DNA from: Intoshia linei
Lineage: Eukaryota; Animalia; Orthonectida
Length of the DNA: 64,000 nucleotides
Reading direction: 5' to 3'
Assembly: GCA_001642005.1 (NCBI GenBank)
Contig: LWCA01000031.1
Coordinates: 1-64,000, forward strand
Shown: in pieces, positions 11,929-24,600 of the stretch
Numbering within the stretch: the first letter of the stretch is position 1
Layout of the letters: the number at the start of each line of letters is the position of its first letter
Position numbers and translations under genes: made by a program
The notes under the pieces: model-generated
Database searches by the model: none
The model's input: the letters and a program-made list of their open reading frames with translations, nothing else
Told to the model about the DNA's origin: nothing

Positions 11929-13188
11929 ATGGATGTATGCAGTAATTCAGAAGACTCGATGATGTCTCCCGTTCAAGAAATTTTAATAACTGGAGTGGTA
12001 TTTATTGATAATTTAAGAATTTTATTAATATGTAGTCTATAATGAAAATTGGTCGACATGTGGATCAAGAAAAAGAGGAAAATGGATCTATAGTTAAAGG
12101 TGTTTTATACGGATGTCTAGTTGATGATGTTTTGGAAATTACCAATGCTGTACCTTTGCATAATTATGACGGTTTATGCTTGATAATGGTAATTTAACAA
12201 TTTTTTTAGACGACGAATCGTTCAACGAATCGCTTGTTGGAACCGGACTAGACTACGTACATGTTGGATTTTATGTTGCATCTATAAACAAAGAATCTGT
12301 ATACACCAATGAATTTATTTCTGAACAATTTGATTATCAAAAAAAAACTGATAACTTTGTGTTTGTCGTTTACGGTACATTCAAATATTTTCAAATCTAA
12401 AAAATATTAGACTCTGAAAAAGTAAGTACCGGCACAATCGATGTAAAAGCTTACCGTCTAAGTACTAAATTTATGCTACTTTATAAGGAAAATAAATTTT
12501 CTTTAAAAGAGTAAAATATTTAATTTTTATAAATAATATAATATTTAGCCTAGTAGACATCCAATTACCCATAAATGAAATTTTATCTCCTTTGGAAGTG
12601 TCAATTTCAAATTCTAAATTCATTTCTTTCGGTTTATATGAATTAGATTTTCAATTGTCTCAGCAGCACCAGTCCAATAATCATATTGGAAGAAATTACG
12701 TGGCAATTGGTGAATTAGATAAACGATATGCAGCTTTGATTGAAAAGGAAGATAACACGTCGAAATTAAACGATAATTTTAGAAATTTATCTTCAAATAA
12801 TGAAAGTTTTTTGAGTTTGATGCCATCAAACTTTCTTAAAGAAACTCTTCACAAACTAATTACAGAAGTTGAAGAGGTAGCCAAAGAATCACACACGTAT
12901 TCAAATTACCAAAAATCTCTACAAAAATCAATTGTCAATAGACGTAATAGATTGGAAAAGTGTGTGGAACAAAACAGGTTGAGACATGAACGTGGTGAAA
13001 GATTAATGACAGAAACTGAAATTTTACGAATTTGTCAACTTCCTTCACCTCCACCACATGCCAACCTAGTCAGTCACAATATACAAATAAATGCATATGT
13101 TGAACAAATGAATAATTATGCAAAACTGCATATAAAAAAATTATTGTTGTCGCAATCTTTAATGTGTGGATACAGTTCTTTAGAATAA
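11929..13188 (+). CDS. EIF3H: Eukaryotic translation initiation factor 3 subunit H (about 369 aa). Exons 11929-11997, 12036-12171, 12210-12374, 12411-12510, 12549-13188
   Basis: MPN-domain motifs IMKIGRH...VKGVLYGCLVDDVLEITNAVPL, DYVHVGFY and VKAYRLS; C-terminal NRLRHERGE...LPSPP. Four 36-38 nt GT-AG introns, all phase-consistent. Confidence 0.9.
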
Positions 13189-13198
13189 ATTTTCAACT

Positions 13199-13684
13199 TT
13201 ATTTGTTGGCTAGCTTCTTATTTAAAGATATCTAGAAATTTTAATATTACGTTCATTTTCAATTCAAGCAAAAACCTGTGCTTCCATGAATTCTATTTTG
13301 CGCTCTAAAGTTGCTAATTTTTCGTTCATTTTTGTTATTTTGTTCTGACAAATTATATCTAAGAATATTTTATTTTCTAAAAAAAATAATTATGCTATCA
13401 ATGTATACGTGACACGTATCATATGCTAGGAATCGGCAATTAATTATTGTGCTCACGCCGAATTTATATTTTAGGCACCAAAAGTTGGCCAACATAGTTG
13501 ATACATGACAAAACTTACATGTTGAATTTACAAAGTCCACCATTCTTTGTATGCTGATGGAAATTACTGAATTTTTAATTAAACTTACAATACATTGGAT
13601 ACCATCTATCGTTTCTCTATATGCCCAATCCTCAAATATTCTCTCTTTTGTTCGTGTCGATGCATAAATATTTGGATTCGACAT
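13199..13684 (-). CDS. BRK1: BRICK1/HSPC300, a WAVE-complex subunit (about 81 aa). Exons 13684-13603, 13566-13519, 13358-13276, 13231-13199
   Basis: RIFEDWAYRETID|VISISIQRMVDFVNST|YIICQNKITKMNEKLATLERKIEFMEAQ matches the BRK1 pattern DWANREYIE...LNEKLTALERRIEYIEAR. The last exon is the least certain; without it the stop is at about 13264. Confidence 0.88.
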
Positions 13685-14131
13685 ATTTATATTTCTTTTA
13701 CAGGTTTCTATTATTTATCAATGTTTATATTGAATAATTTCAATAAACTTAGTTTATTCAAAACAAATCAGTGTATCAGGAATTCTCATTCAGGTCCACC
13801 ATTTCAAGGTTCGTTTTGATTCATCTTTGATAAACTCGTCGTTATGTTAATTATAAATGTCGTAATTATGTACAAGTCGTACGACCAGTTTTGGTCGTTA
13901 TATATTTTTTATGCAACCCAGGTCAAAATGTAATTAATGCTTCAAATTTAGTGTTTATTTAATTCAACCACATTGGTGAACACTTTATTAAGTTACGAAA
14001 GAAGCCATCGAAATTGAAAGGAATGCAGAATTTAAGGATAAAAATAAAAAATTTACTCCAAATACAAAAATGAACTCATCACTTATTTTGCAACATAGGC
14101 ATACAAAAAATTTCATTAAAGAGAATCCTTA

Positions 14132-14530
14132 TCCTAACTTATATAAAACACTTTGTTTGTCTGTCTGGTATCGTTTATTTCAATAATTAAGGGTCTTAGA
14201 GTTTTAAAAATTACACATTTCCACTACAGTTTTTTCTGGTGGTGAAATTAAGATAAATTTCACTCTCAGAAACTTACATTTTAGCGGTCAAAAACCCTAA
14301 TTATCTTTTTTTTTTTTTGAAAATCAAACGGGTCCTATAGTTTAAAAAAATTAAAAAATATCATAAATTTAAATTTCAAAAAGTTATGTCTTCAGGGCTA
14401 AAACCCAAAGTACACTTTTTTCAAAAAATAAAAATAGTCTCAGAATTTGAAAAAAAATTACAGTTCATACAGATTTTACCCCCAAAAATTTTTGATCCCA
14501 CAAAGTGACGTCTTCACGGTCAAAAAACTT
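14132..14530 (+). mobile_element. Helitron 5' portion
   Basis: A|TCCTAACTTATATAAAAC...TTTGTTTGTCTGTCTG, the same start as the minus-strand copy ending at 25203. The 3' limit is approximate. Confidence 0.7.
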
Positions 14531-14853
14531 TTATAATCTTTTCAAGGTGGTTTTTTAACATATTTTAAGGATAGTTCCAGTTTTATAATTTTAATTTTGT
14601 TCGTTCCTAACTTATTTTGAAAAATGGTTTTAAAACTTTTAGTTGATATTTTAAATTAATGGCGAGTTGTGGAGACAATACTGTGGTTTTTAATGACCAT
14701 TATTTTTGATATATCTCAGAAACTTTGACTATTTTTAAAGTGGATAATTATCTACCAAAAGCTAAACATAGAAACATTATAAAAAAACTTTGTTTGTGTA
14801 TACATTCGAATAACTAAATTAAAATTTCAATTTTTTCAAGTTTTATTATAAAA

Positions 14854-17800
14854 ATGAAATTGAAAGGTGAATTTGAAGATTTTAATATGGACAATACAGT
14901 TGTTATGCTTGCTGGTCTAGTTTTTTACATGATTGCTGATGGCTGGTCTTACAGTTTATCTATTATTTTTCAATTATTTCAAAAAAAGTTTGATGTCAAC
15001 AATTCCAAAGTTTATCTTTTTATCACAATCGTATATGCTGTTCCCTGCATTTCATGTAAATTGTTCATTATTATTTATTATTTAAATTTATTTTAAATGC
15101 TTTCTAATTTAATTAATTTTTAATAATGTTTTTCAATTATATATATACAATGTGTATTATACATGTACTGATATTGCATAATAATAGTGTATGTAAATAT
15201 GTACATCTGGTTAATGTTAAATTTTAAAGGTGAAATGGCATTTTATAAATCATGGCGTCCCCACAGATGGGTCGCGAAATTTTTTATTTTTAGGCATTTT
15301 TTTTTAAATTAAAACTAATCTACTTTTCTATATTCAGGTAAAAAAAGTAAGTCATTGATTATTTTGACCATGAATTATCGTAAAATTTCAAATTGGTCCA
15401 CTTTTTTGGGGTATAGGAGTGAATTTAGTTTAAAAAAACGACAAAATTATCAATAAATAACATTGTAAAATTTTCCTAAAAAGGGTCGTTATAATATTCA
15501 AGAATCTTGAATCAAGATACATGTATGTAATTTTTCAAATTCATATATTTAAATATAGCTGTTTTTGTGTGCATTTTAATAAAAAAGACAAGTTTCCAGT
15601 TTTGTGCTTTCCTGGGATCTGCTATATTTTCAATATCATTACTTTTATATCACACAATGTACAGTTGGACTCAATTAATCATATCAATTAATATTATTGG
15701 TAGTATTGGATTATCTCTTTACTATCTCGTGGCTTATTTAAATGTGGTACACAGTTTTGATAAAAATAGAGGATTAGCATTGGGTATTACCACATTGGGA
15801 TCACCTATAGGTGGAACTATATTTCCGTACATTCTAAATGCCACCTTTAATTATCATGCCAATCATTACATGTACATAATTGGAGGTGTCATTTTAACAA
15901 TTTCTTTGATAACTTCAATGGCGTTTACTTCAAAAAATAAATTGATTAAATCACAAGTTCATTCAGTATTGGAATCAGAAAATAACGAACCAATAGAACA
16001 CAAAGAAGAAACCAAATTAGTGCATATTATATCTTTTTTTCATTTATCTATATTTAAAAATTTTAAATTGGATATATATTTAATATCTCTTTTTTTAGCG
16101 TATTTATTTATTTCAAATGGATTTGTTTATGTTTATCAACATTTAGAAATATCTATAGTCCCAAAACCTGAAGAGTATATAACGAAATTAATCACTATTG
16201 TCATTTCTCTCATGTCAGTGTCTAGAGGTTGCGGACAAGTTTTGTTTGGCATTCTTTCCGATCGTTGTAGGATTTCAACATTTTATTTATTGGGTTTATG
16301 CTTTGTTGGTCTTTCAATATGTTTTATTTTAATGGGACTGACTTCTTCTGTATATTTATTGTCTTTCCTTTACATAGTTTATGCCTTGTTATTTTCTAGT
16401 GTTTACATCATACCAATATTTAACATTGGCAAACTTGTAAATCAAGAACATGTCAATCATGTATTCTCGTATCAACTAGCATTTAATGGAATAGGCATGC
16501 TAATTGGTGCTGAAATCTCGAGTAATTTTTTTAAATTTATATAGTTTAATTTCTTATGAGTCAAAGATTATATTGAGGTTAAACCCTAATGTTGGGTGAT
16601 ATATTTGTCATTAAGGTATTCTAAAAGTGGAGTTATCACGATAAATAAGACCAGGTGTCTTAATCCTCGAATCTGCGATGAAATGTATGTTTTTATGAAA
16701 AAATGATTCATATTTTATAAATAATTTCATTGTTTCTATCAAATAAAATGTAAAGTATAAATTCTTGCAAACTAAAAAATTATAAAAAGAGTCCCGGAGT
16801 TTGTTTTTTAATTAAACGGTAACACACATAGAGCAGTGTGTCTCAAACGGTGACCCACAGCAAATTATATTTGTACCCAGCAAAAAATTAAAAACGAATT
16901 ACATTGTATATATCATATCACAGAGGGTTAAACAGACAATTAAATCTAATTTTTTGAATCCAAACAATCTTTTTTTTATATTAGCAGCTTTTCCTTGTAA
17001 ATCTTAAATTTTTGTAAAGACTTTTAGTAAGTATATATGACAGGTGAGCAATCTTAAGAAACATAAGAGCTAATTTTTATTTCTTATTCGCTTTGTTATA
17101 TACCAAAGAAAAAATGTTTGCTATACAGTCTAACTCAGCTATTCCCAACGTGGGGCCTGTGGTCCCAGGGTTTTGCTGGTTTCAGGGAACATGAGAAAAA
17201 TTTGGAACAATAATTAAAAAATTATATTTTTGTCGTTTGAATTTTAAATTTTATAATTATAAATAAAAGTAAATTTGAACATTACTATTTTATATTCAAA
17301 ATTCGCTTTTGTGTTACATTTTCTTTTTTGCTTTATATTTGATTAATTCTTTATTTTCATATTTATTTTAAGGCAAAGTTCGGCAACCTTTTGAAGCTCG
17401 TGGGCTATATTTTATGAAAATTTACACATGATACATTTCAATTTTAACTGAAGAGAAACGGTTCTAGTATATGGAGTAGAATAAAATCCGGACTGAAAAT
17501 TAAGTATTAACATGATTATAATGAGCCAATTATAGTAGAAAATGTTTAAAAAGGTATTTAAAAGTTGAAAAATAAATAATTTACATATTTAATCAAAGGG
17601 CCACCAAAATTATTATGTATTTAATTATAATACAAAATAAAATTTCATTTATTGAAAATTTAATCAGTGGAAATGTTATCACTAATTTGAATCTGTAATC
17701 TTAAATACTGTAACGACTGTAGTACAACTTTGTAACATTAATCAGGGGATTTTACAAATATAAAGATATTTTTAAAAAACACTTGATTTAAACTTACTGT

Positions 17801-18130
17801 TAATCCCTGATTAACCGTTTAATACATCACAGAAAGTGACTGTGTTAATCGAGACTAACCTACATCAAGGAAGCTAGCTATCGAGAAATGTAAATATAAA
17901 CTATTCATTAACATGTAAATTAGATAAAAATTTTATTATAAAGAAACGAAACTGTAATCAACCAAATAATGTTTTGGAACCGAATGGTCCAATATTTGCA
18001 ATGCATACATTTATATTTAGAGTTGATATATACAAGATTCAATGGTTATTTTATGGTAAATATTATTTCTGGGGTTTCAATGCTAATTTCTGCATCTGTA
18101 ATAATTACGACACAATATTTCTCTAAATGA
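14854..18130 (+). CDS. SLC16/MCT-like MFS protein, paralogue B (about 424 aa). Exons 14854-15055, 15559-16521, 18021-18130
   Basis: IADGWSYSLS, SFDKNRGLALGITTLGSPIGG and GILSDR motifs. Same two phase-1 introns as paralogue A. Confidence 0.85.
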
Positions 18131-18658
18131 ATATTTTGAAACAATTGTATTATTAATAAATGTTTTTGAAATTATTTAAAATACATTATATATACATTTT
18201 ATATCATTATTAACCTGTCAAGCATCTTTTTGAACAGTATAAACGTTCCGGTGTTACACGTAGTACATTTATATTCACATTTGTACCACCAACTTCAATC
18301 GTTTGATAATTACGTGAACGATGTCCCTGGATACCAGAGCTGTATTATTACAAATAATTAATATAATAACAATAGTTATATAATTATAATTAATCATTTT
18401 ATAATAAAATTTATTATAAAATGAATATTTATTTTTCATCTTCCAATATAAAACCATCACATCTGAACTACATTTTTGCATTATCACATATAAACAAAAT
18501 TGTAGAAAAAATAGTATGTGCGTTTGTTTGCATTATAATATATAATTATATTTGAAAGCCAAACGTAGATACGAATATATTCTAATATTTATCCCGATTA
18601 TTCAGCAATTTTTCAAACTACTGTACTAAAATAAATATAGTATTTTAAATAGGATTCA

Positions 18659-21600
18659 ATGTTCAAAGCATATGCAGAATATTATCCCATTTTTGTGGTT
18701 ATCTCATCCTTTTTAATTTTTTTTGTGATTGATGGATGGACATATACTCTCTCAGTCATTTTTAAAGTTTTCCAAAAAAAGTATAATATCAAAGATTCTC
18801 AAGTCGTAATGTTTCTCACATTAACATACGCGCTGCCAGACATAATAGGTAAATATTCAATATCATATCATTTGGGCATAGTCAATAAAGTATCTCTTTA
18901 ATACAATCTCAAAATATTGATAATTATAATATTTTGCCTTACAAAATGAAATACTCAATAAGACTTTTCATAAATTTTAATTAAAAGATTGATTAAGTTT
19001 TCGGGTCATGTTTTTTTCATGTAGATTGATTTTCTAGACAATATGAGATATCTTTTGCCACAAGATACTTTTTTCTAATTAGATTGTGTACCATCACATA
19101 ATCGATTCTTAATTATAGACTACAGATTTTCGATAGGAAACAAATCTGGCACATAAAGTACTAAATCAACAACTGTATTTATTCAGACGCAAACCTCAAA
19201 AGTGTTTTCTTGCCTACATGAGGTCGGGCATGATCTTGTTGGAAAATAAATCCTGGCGCGATGTTTTTCAAGTCAACAAATACATCTTCGAATAATATCC
19301 CAATATATGAATCATTATTCACCCTATGGTCTAACTTTCTAATAATAATAGTCCCACAGTATGTCAAGCATCCCAAATCATGATGGAACCACTGGAAAAT
19401 GATCTTTTTCTGACTTTAAATTCAATCATTGTAGAATCAATATTTTCAATTTTAATCGAAATATTTGAAAAATATTGGTTGATAATATATTAAAAATTAT
19501 TTTTCACCGGGAATGCGTAGATTTTTAAAATTGAAATTTTGTNCAAACGCCAATTTCCGTTAAAATAAAGTTCAGTTTTAATTTTTTAATATATAGTATA
19601 TATATAAAAAAATTTAAATGGTCAGGCTAACTTCAGCGTTAGGAGTTGGCCGAAAATATTTTACATTAGTTATTATTATAGTAATACTATAATTTTAAGC
19701 TCTAAGAATATTTTTTCTAAATACCCATGATACACCTTAGTGTACATGTATATAGTATGGCAAATATCTAATTATACTGGTGTTAGTGTATTAATAACAT
19801 CAATATATGATGAACCATTATGATTATTACTAAAAATTATTTTTACTCATTAAAATTTCAGGTTCAATTACTAAACCCACATTTATATTATTATAACTAC
19901 ATTACTGTATTATAGAGCCATAGGACCAGTCGTCTCACACCCTATTTAGTATTTATATGATAGATCTACATATATACATTGAACCTCGGATATAAATCAA
20001 TACATTTTAAATTTAAAATATTTAAGGCTTCAAAATACACACTTTATAATATAACGTTATTTACATAAAAGTTAAAAAATCTGAGAAAAATAATATTTTG
20101 GGGTATAAATATGTCACATAACATAGTATTTGATATCTACAGTCTTTTTGAATATAAAATTTATTGTCATTAATTTGAATAGATAAAAGACTTGCATGTT
20201 TTTTATTTGCAACAATTTTAATTATTTTACAATTTTTATTTTATATTTTTCACTGAGTTAACCATTTATTTGTTTAATTCATGAGAAAATTGCTATAAAT
20301 CTATAAAAACACAGTATAGTATAATTACCGTTATAAATTATAAATTAACATTCCTACTATATTCACACAAATAATATTTAAATGATTGCATTCATTTTTA
20401 AATTTTAAAGCACTTGGATTATACATTCTAGTAAGTTGCACTCGTATATGTATTTAAAATGAATTAAAATTTTTATTTTATAATCGCACCAGCGTGACCG
20501 TTATGTACTTCGTACAAACAGTACCATAGTTTCAGAGACAAAACCACCCAGCAAAATAAAAGAAAAATAAAATTCTAATTTTTTTTCGCAAACTATGCAT
20601 AGTGTCTAGTGTTTCCATTTTACCGACTTTTTCATTACCGGTAATTTAGCGAATAAAATTTTCACCACCGGTAAATCACCGGTAAATACCTTTTTAATAT
20701 ATCTTAAATCAGGGTTTCTCAACCTTTTTTAAATTTAGTACCCCCGTGCAAATTTAGTGCAAAAATAAAAAATGATAACTTAAATTCAACTTAAAAATCG
20801 TATTTTGTTGAGATTTAAAAAAATCACCCTATCGAATATAATTAATAAATATAGATATAAGCTGTATTTGATGATAGTTTTATTGTTGTTTATCGTAAAC
20901 AAGTTTATCATATCTGGTTTTGTTTGAAATAAACCAACTCTCATATCGTGTGACAACTTATCTCCCCATCTATATCTACTTTTCGATTTTTGGTCATATC
21001 GTGCTCTCTTAATGCGAAAATTCTCAATAAATCTTTTTTCATCATTTGGAAGTTTTTCTATTTGTTTTAAGAGACAAGGTTTAAGATTTGAATTACACAT
21101 TATAAAATGACAATTCATGAATTGAGCTTTATCCTTATTCTCACTTTCTATAAGTCCAGTAAATCCATACTTTACGTATTCATTGTTCTATTTGCGAATT
21201 TTTTGCAAATATCAATATACATTTATTTAAGTGATAAAATAAGTTTAATTAGATTTTTTTATTAACAATTTTTAATTTAAATTTTAAAAAATAAGAATAG
21301 ATTTTCCAGCACCCCTGAAATTAATTCTAACACCCCTATGGGTCCTAGTACCCCCGGTTAAGAAACCTGGCTTAAATCATCTTTAAATAGAATAAATTAT
21401 AATGAACAATTTAGTTATTTCTACGATGAAAAATTCATTAAGAATAGATAAAAACAATTTCGAATACAATTTTTCATCATAAATACACAATATAATTTTC
21501 ATAATATATCGGAATTAAAAATAAACATTGATGTTACGTAAAAAAAATTTTCGAATCGTCGAAATAATAAACATTTTTTCTATTTTTTCACCTTGAAATT

Positions 21601-24600
21601 AAAAATCAAAAGGATTCAATTTTAGTGCAAGTTAGAATACTTTCTATGACGAAAAATTAAAAACAAAATATAATAAAAAGTTTATTTATTCAGCCTTTCA
21701 GGTGTAAAATAGGATTTAAAAAAATATTTCATTCTAAGTATTAGGAGACAATCTTTTTTCACATCTAATCATTACTGTCAACAAGTGTAGAACGACTTGA
21801 TGAGCAATTATTAAAATTTTTTATATGTAAATTGATATAATTATTTCAAATCTACATCAATATCTCAAAAACTTTAGTACACAATAAACGTTTTATTATA
21901 ATTATAAAAAAAACTTTAAATTAACTGTAATCGAAAATAATTACCGGTAATAATTTACCGATATTTAAACACTAATAGTGTCGTATATCCCTAACAAAAT
22001 CCCTTCGGCTCTCGGCTTGATATTTAAATTTAACACACAAAATAGTTATGGCATTCAAGAATAAAATTTTTTTAATGCTCAATTTGGAATCGGGTATGTT
22101 ATGTTCGAAAATTAAAAATGACAAAATAAATTTTTATAATTTTATTTTTTTCTGGAATTTATGCTATTCATGAAAATGTTTAGGATTTGACTGTTTTTAC
22201 TTTATTTTTAATATTATATATACATTTTGTCTAATAAATTAAAAAAATGCGATAACTGTTTTTAAAATTCTTTACGCAAATGTTAACAAAAAAAAATAAG
22301 ATAGAATAATTCCGTTTAAAGTAAAAAGCAAAGTGATATTATGGTTCCACTTAAAGCAGATTTAGGGAAACACTCCTTTAAAGCAGGCATTCTCAACTTT
22401 TTTTTGCTATGGATCCCCAAAAAAAGTTAATCATAATGACAATTTTTGATAAATCATTACATATGGGTAAAACGAATGATAGTCAAAAGACATGGAGTAC
22501 TCTATTTTTGCGAGATGATAAACTTGATGAACTATTAATATTAACCTTTAATCCGTCAATGTTCCCAAAATGGAACATGTTTTGTAGGTATTGTTTACAG
22601 TGCATTATTAATTGTTTACTACTTATTTTATCAAATCAATAAAAAGTCTATATTATCAATCTTCCCTGTCAAAAATTAATATTTTAAATCCCTTGGTTGA
22701 TGTTTATAGAATCATGAATATTGACTCATTTTTTGTCCCATTTTCAATTTGAAATTAAAAGCTTTTTTTATAACTAGAAACTTGGCTTGGTCATAAATTT
22801 TAATATTATAATGCAATAAAAAAAATTCCGAATAAATGAATTATATAAATTTTTCACCCATGTCTTTATTGGAAATGTGTAGACCAGTGTTTCCCAACCT
22901 TTTTTATGCTAGGCCCCACTTTTACTTTTAAAAAAAGTTCCATGCTCCACTAAAAAAAAATTCGAGCAAATTATAATAAAATAATAATAAAAACAATAAT
23001 AATGTATTTATTTTTTAGAATTAATGAGACGATTCAGTCTCACAATTCTGACAGAGTTTATTAATATTAGGTACTAATGTTGTAAGCTTTAATCGTAAAT
23101 CTCCCCTTTTTTAAAAGTTGTAGTCTATTTTTTTTAGTAAGTCTAAAACTGCACTAAACCAGCATTCTGGTAAATAAGAAGATGGAAATGGCAACAAAGC
23201 AATCCTAGCAAAAATAGTTAAAGTCGGATAATTTTGCAAATTTGCAAATTTGGCATTTTGAATATACTCATCAATTTAGTTAAATTTAAATTCAATAGCC
23301 CACGATCATTAAAGATATATTTTATTTTTTATCATTCTAATAAATAATAATACAATTAATTGGTTCAAGTATTACATAATCATTTATAAACCTGAGAATA
23401 TTGTATAAAATTAACACTAAATTAGTCTAAAATTTTCATAATCCTATAGATTTGTAATATTTCCCAGGTCCCCAAAAAAGTTCGTCATGCTCCACCAGTG
23501 GGGTCTAACCCCACGGTGGGAAACACTGGTGTAGACGTACAATGCACATTTTTTTTTAAAATTGTAGGATCAATATTTACATTTTCAATTTTTGATTTTA
23601 ATCGAAATATTTTGAAAAATATTGGTTGAATATTTTAAAAATTATTTTTCACCGGGAATGCGTAAATTTCTGGAGTTGAAATTTTGTATTTATATTAATT
23701 GTAACAAGCTCTATCAGAATAATCGTTTTTTTTTAATTTTTGGACCGTTAATTTTTTCACATTTTTTGTTTTTGTTTTTGTTAATAAAATATTTTGGAAA
23801 AATAATATATGAATACTAAAATACTTTTTTGACCGTGACATCGTCACTTATTCGGATTGAAATTTTTTATGTGTGTTAACAGGATACAACTGTACCACCT
23901 GTAAATTTTTTGAAATTCTAGGGCTGTTTTCATTAAAAAAAGAAAGGTAATTTGGGGTTTTGGCCTTGAATATATAAGTTTTTTAAATTTAAATTTATGA
24001 TAATGTTTATGATTTTAAAATCCGCATCAGCGTATATATTTTTTTTAANCGTCACTTATTCGGATTGAAATTTTTTGAAATTCTAGGGCTGTTTTCATTA
24101 AAAAAAGAAGGGTAATTTGTGGTTTTGGCTCTTGAATATATAAGTTTTTTAAATTTAAATTTATGATAATGTTTATGATTTTAAAATCCGCATCAGCGTT
24201 TTTTAATTTTTCAACTCGTTTTAATTTTCAAAAAGAGGGACAACAGGGGTTTTTGACCTGTAAGATGTAAAATTGGAAGGTTGAAATTTATCTTATTATA
24301 CGTCTCGGAAAAAACTGTAATTAAAATGTAGTCTTTTAAATATTCTAAGAGTGGTAGTTATTTCAATAAAGTGGAACACACACATAGACACACAAACAAA
24401 AATCGCGTAGCCTTTTATATAAGTTGTAACAACCAGATCCACTCATATGCAAGGGTCTCCGTAACCATGTCTAAAACGCCTATCGGCTTCCCTACTTCCA
24501 TTCTTAACGAGGGGATACATTTCTAGTAGATTTTTCTTATTGATGTGGGCCCCAAAAAAGTTCTGTAGACCCCGTTGAAAATGGCTGCTTTAAAGAATTG

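Larger units (their letters stand above)
22384..24587. mobile_element. Buster-type hAT element (level 2 of the nest)
   Basis: TIR CAGGCATTCTCAAC / GTTGAAAATGGCTG, perfect TSD CTTTAAAG at 22376-22383 and 24588-24595. The empty site is visible at about 37138-37150. Spans the N at 24049. Confidence 0.8.
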
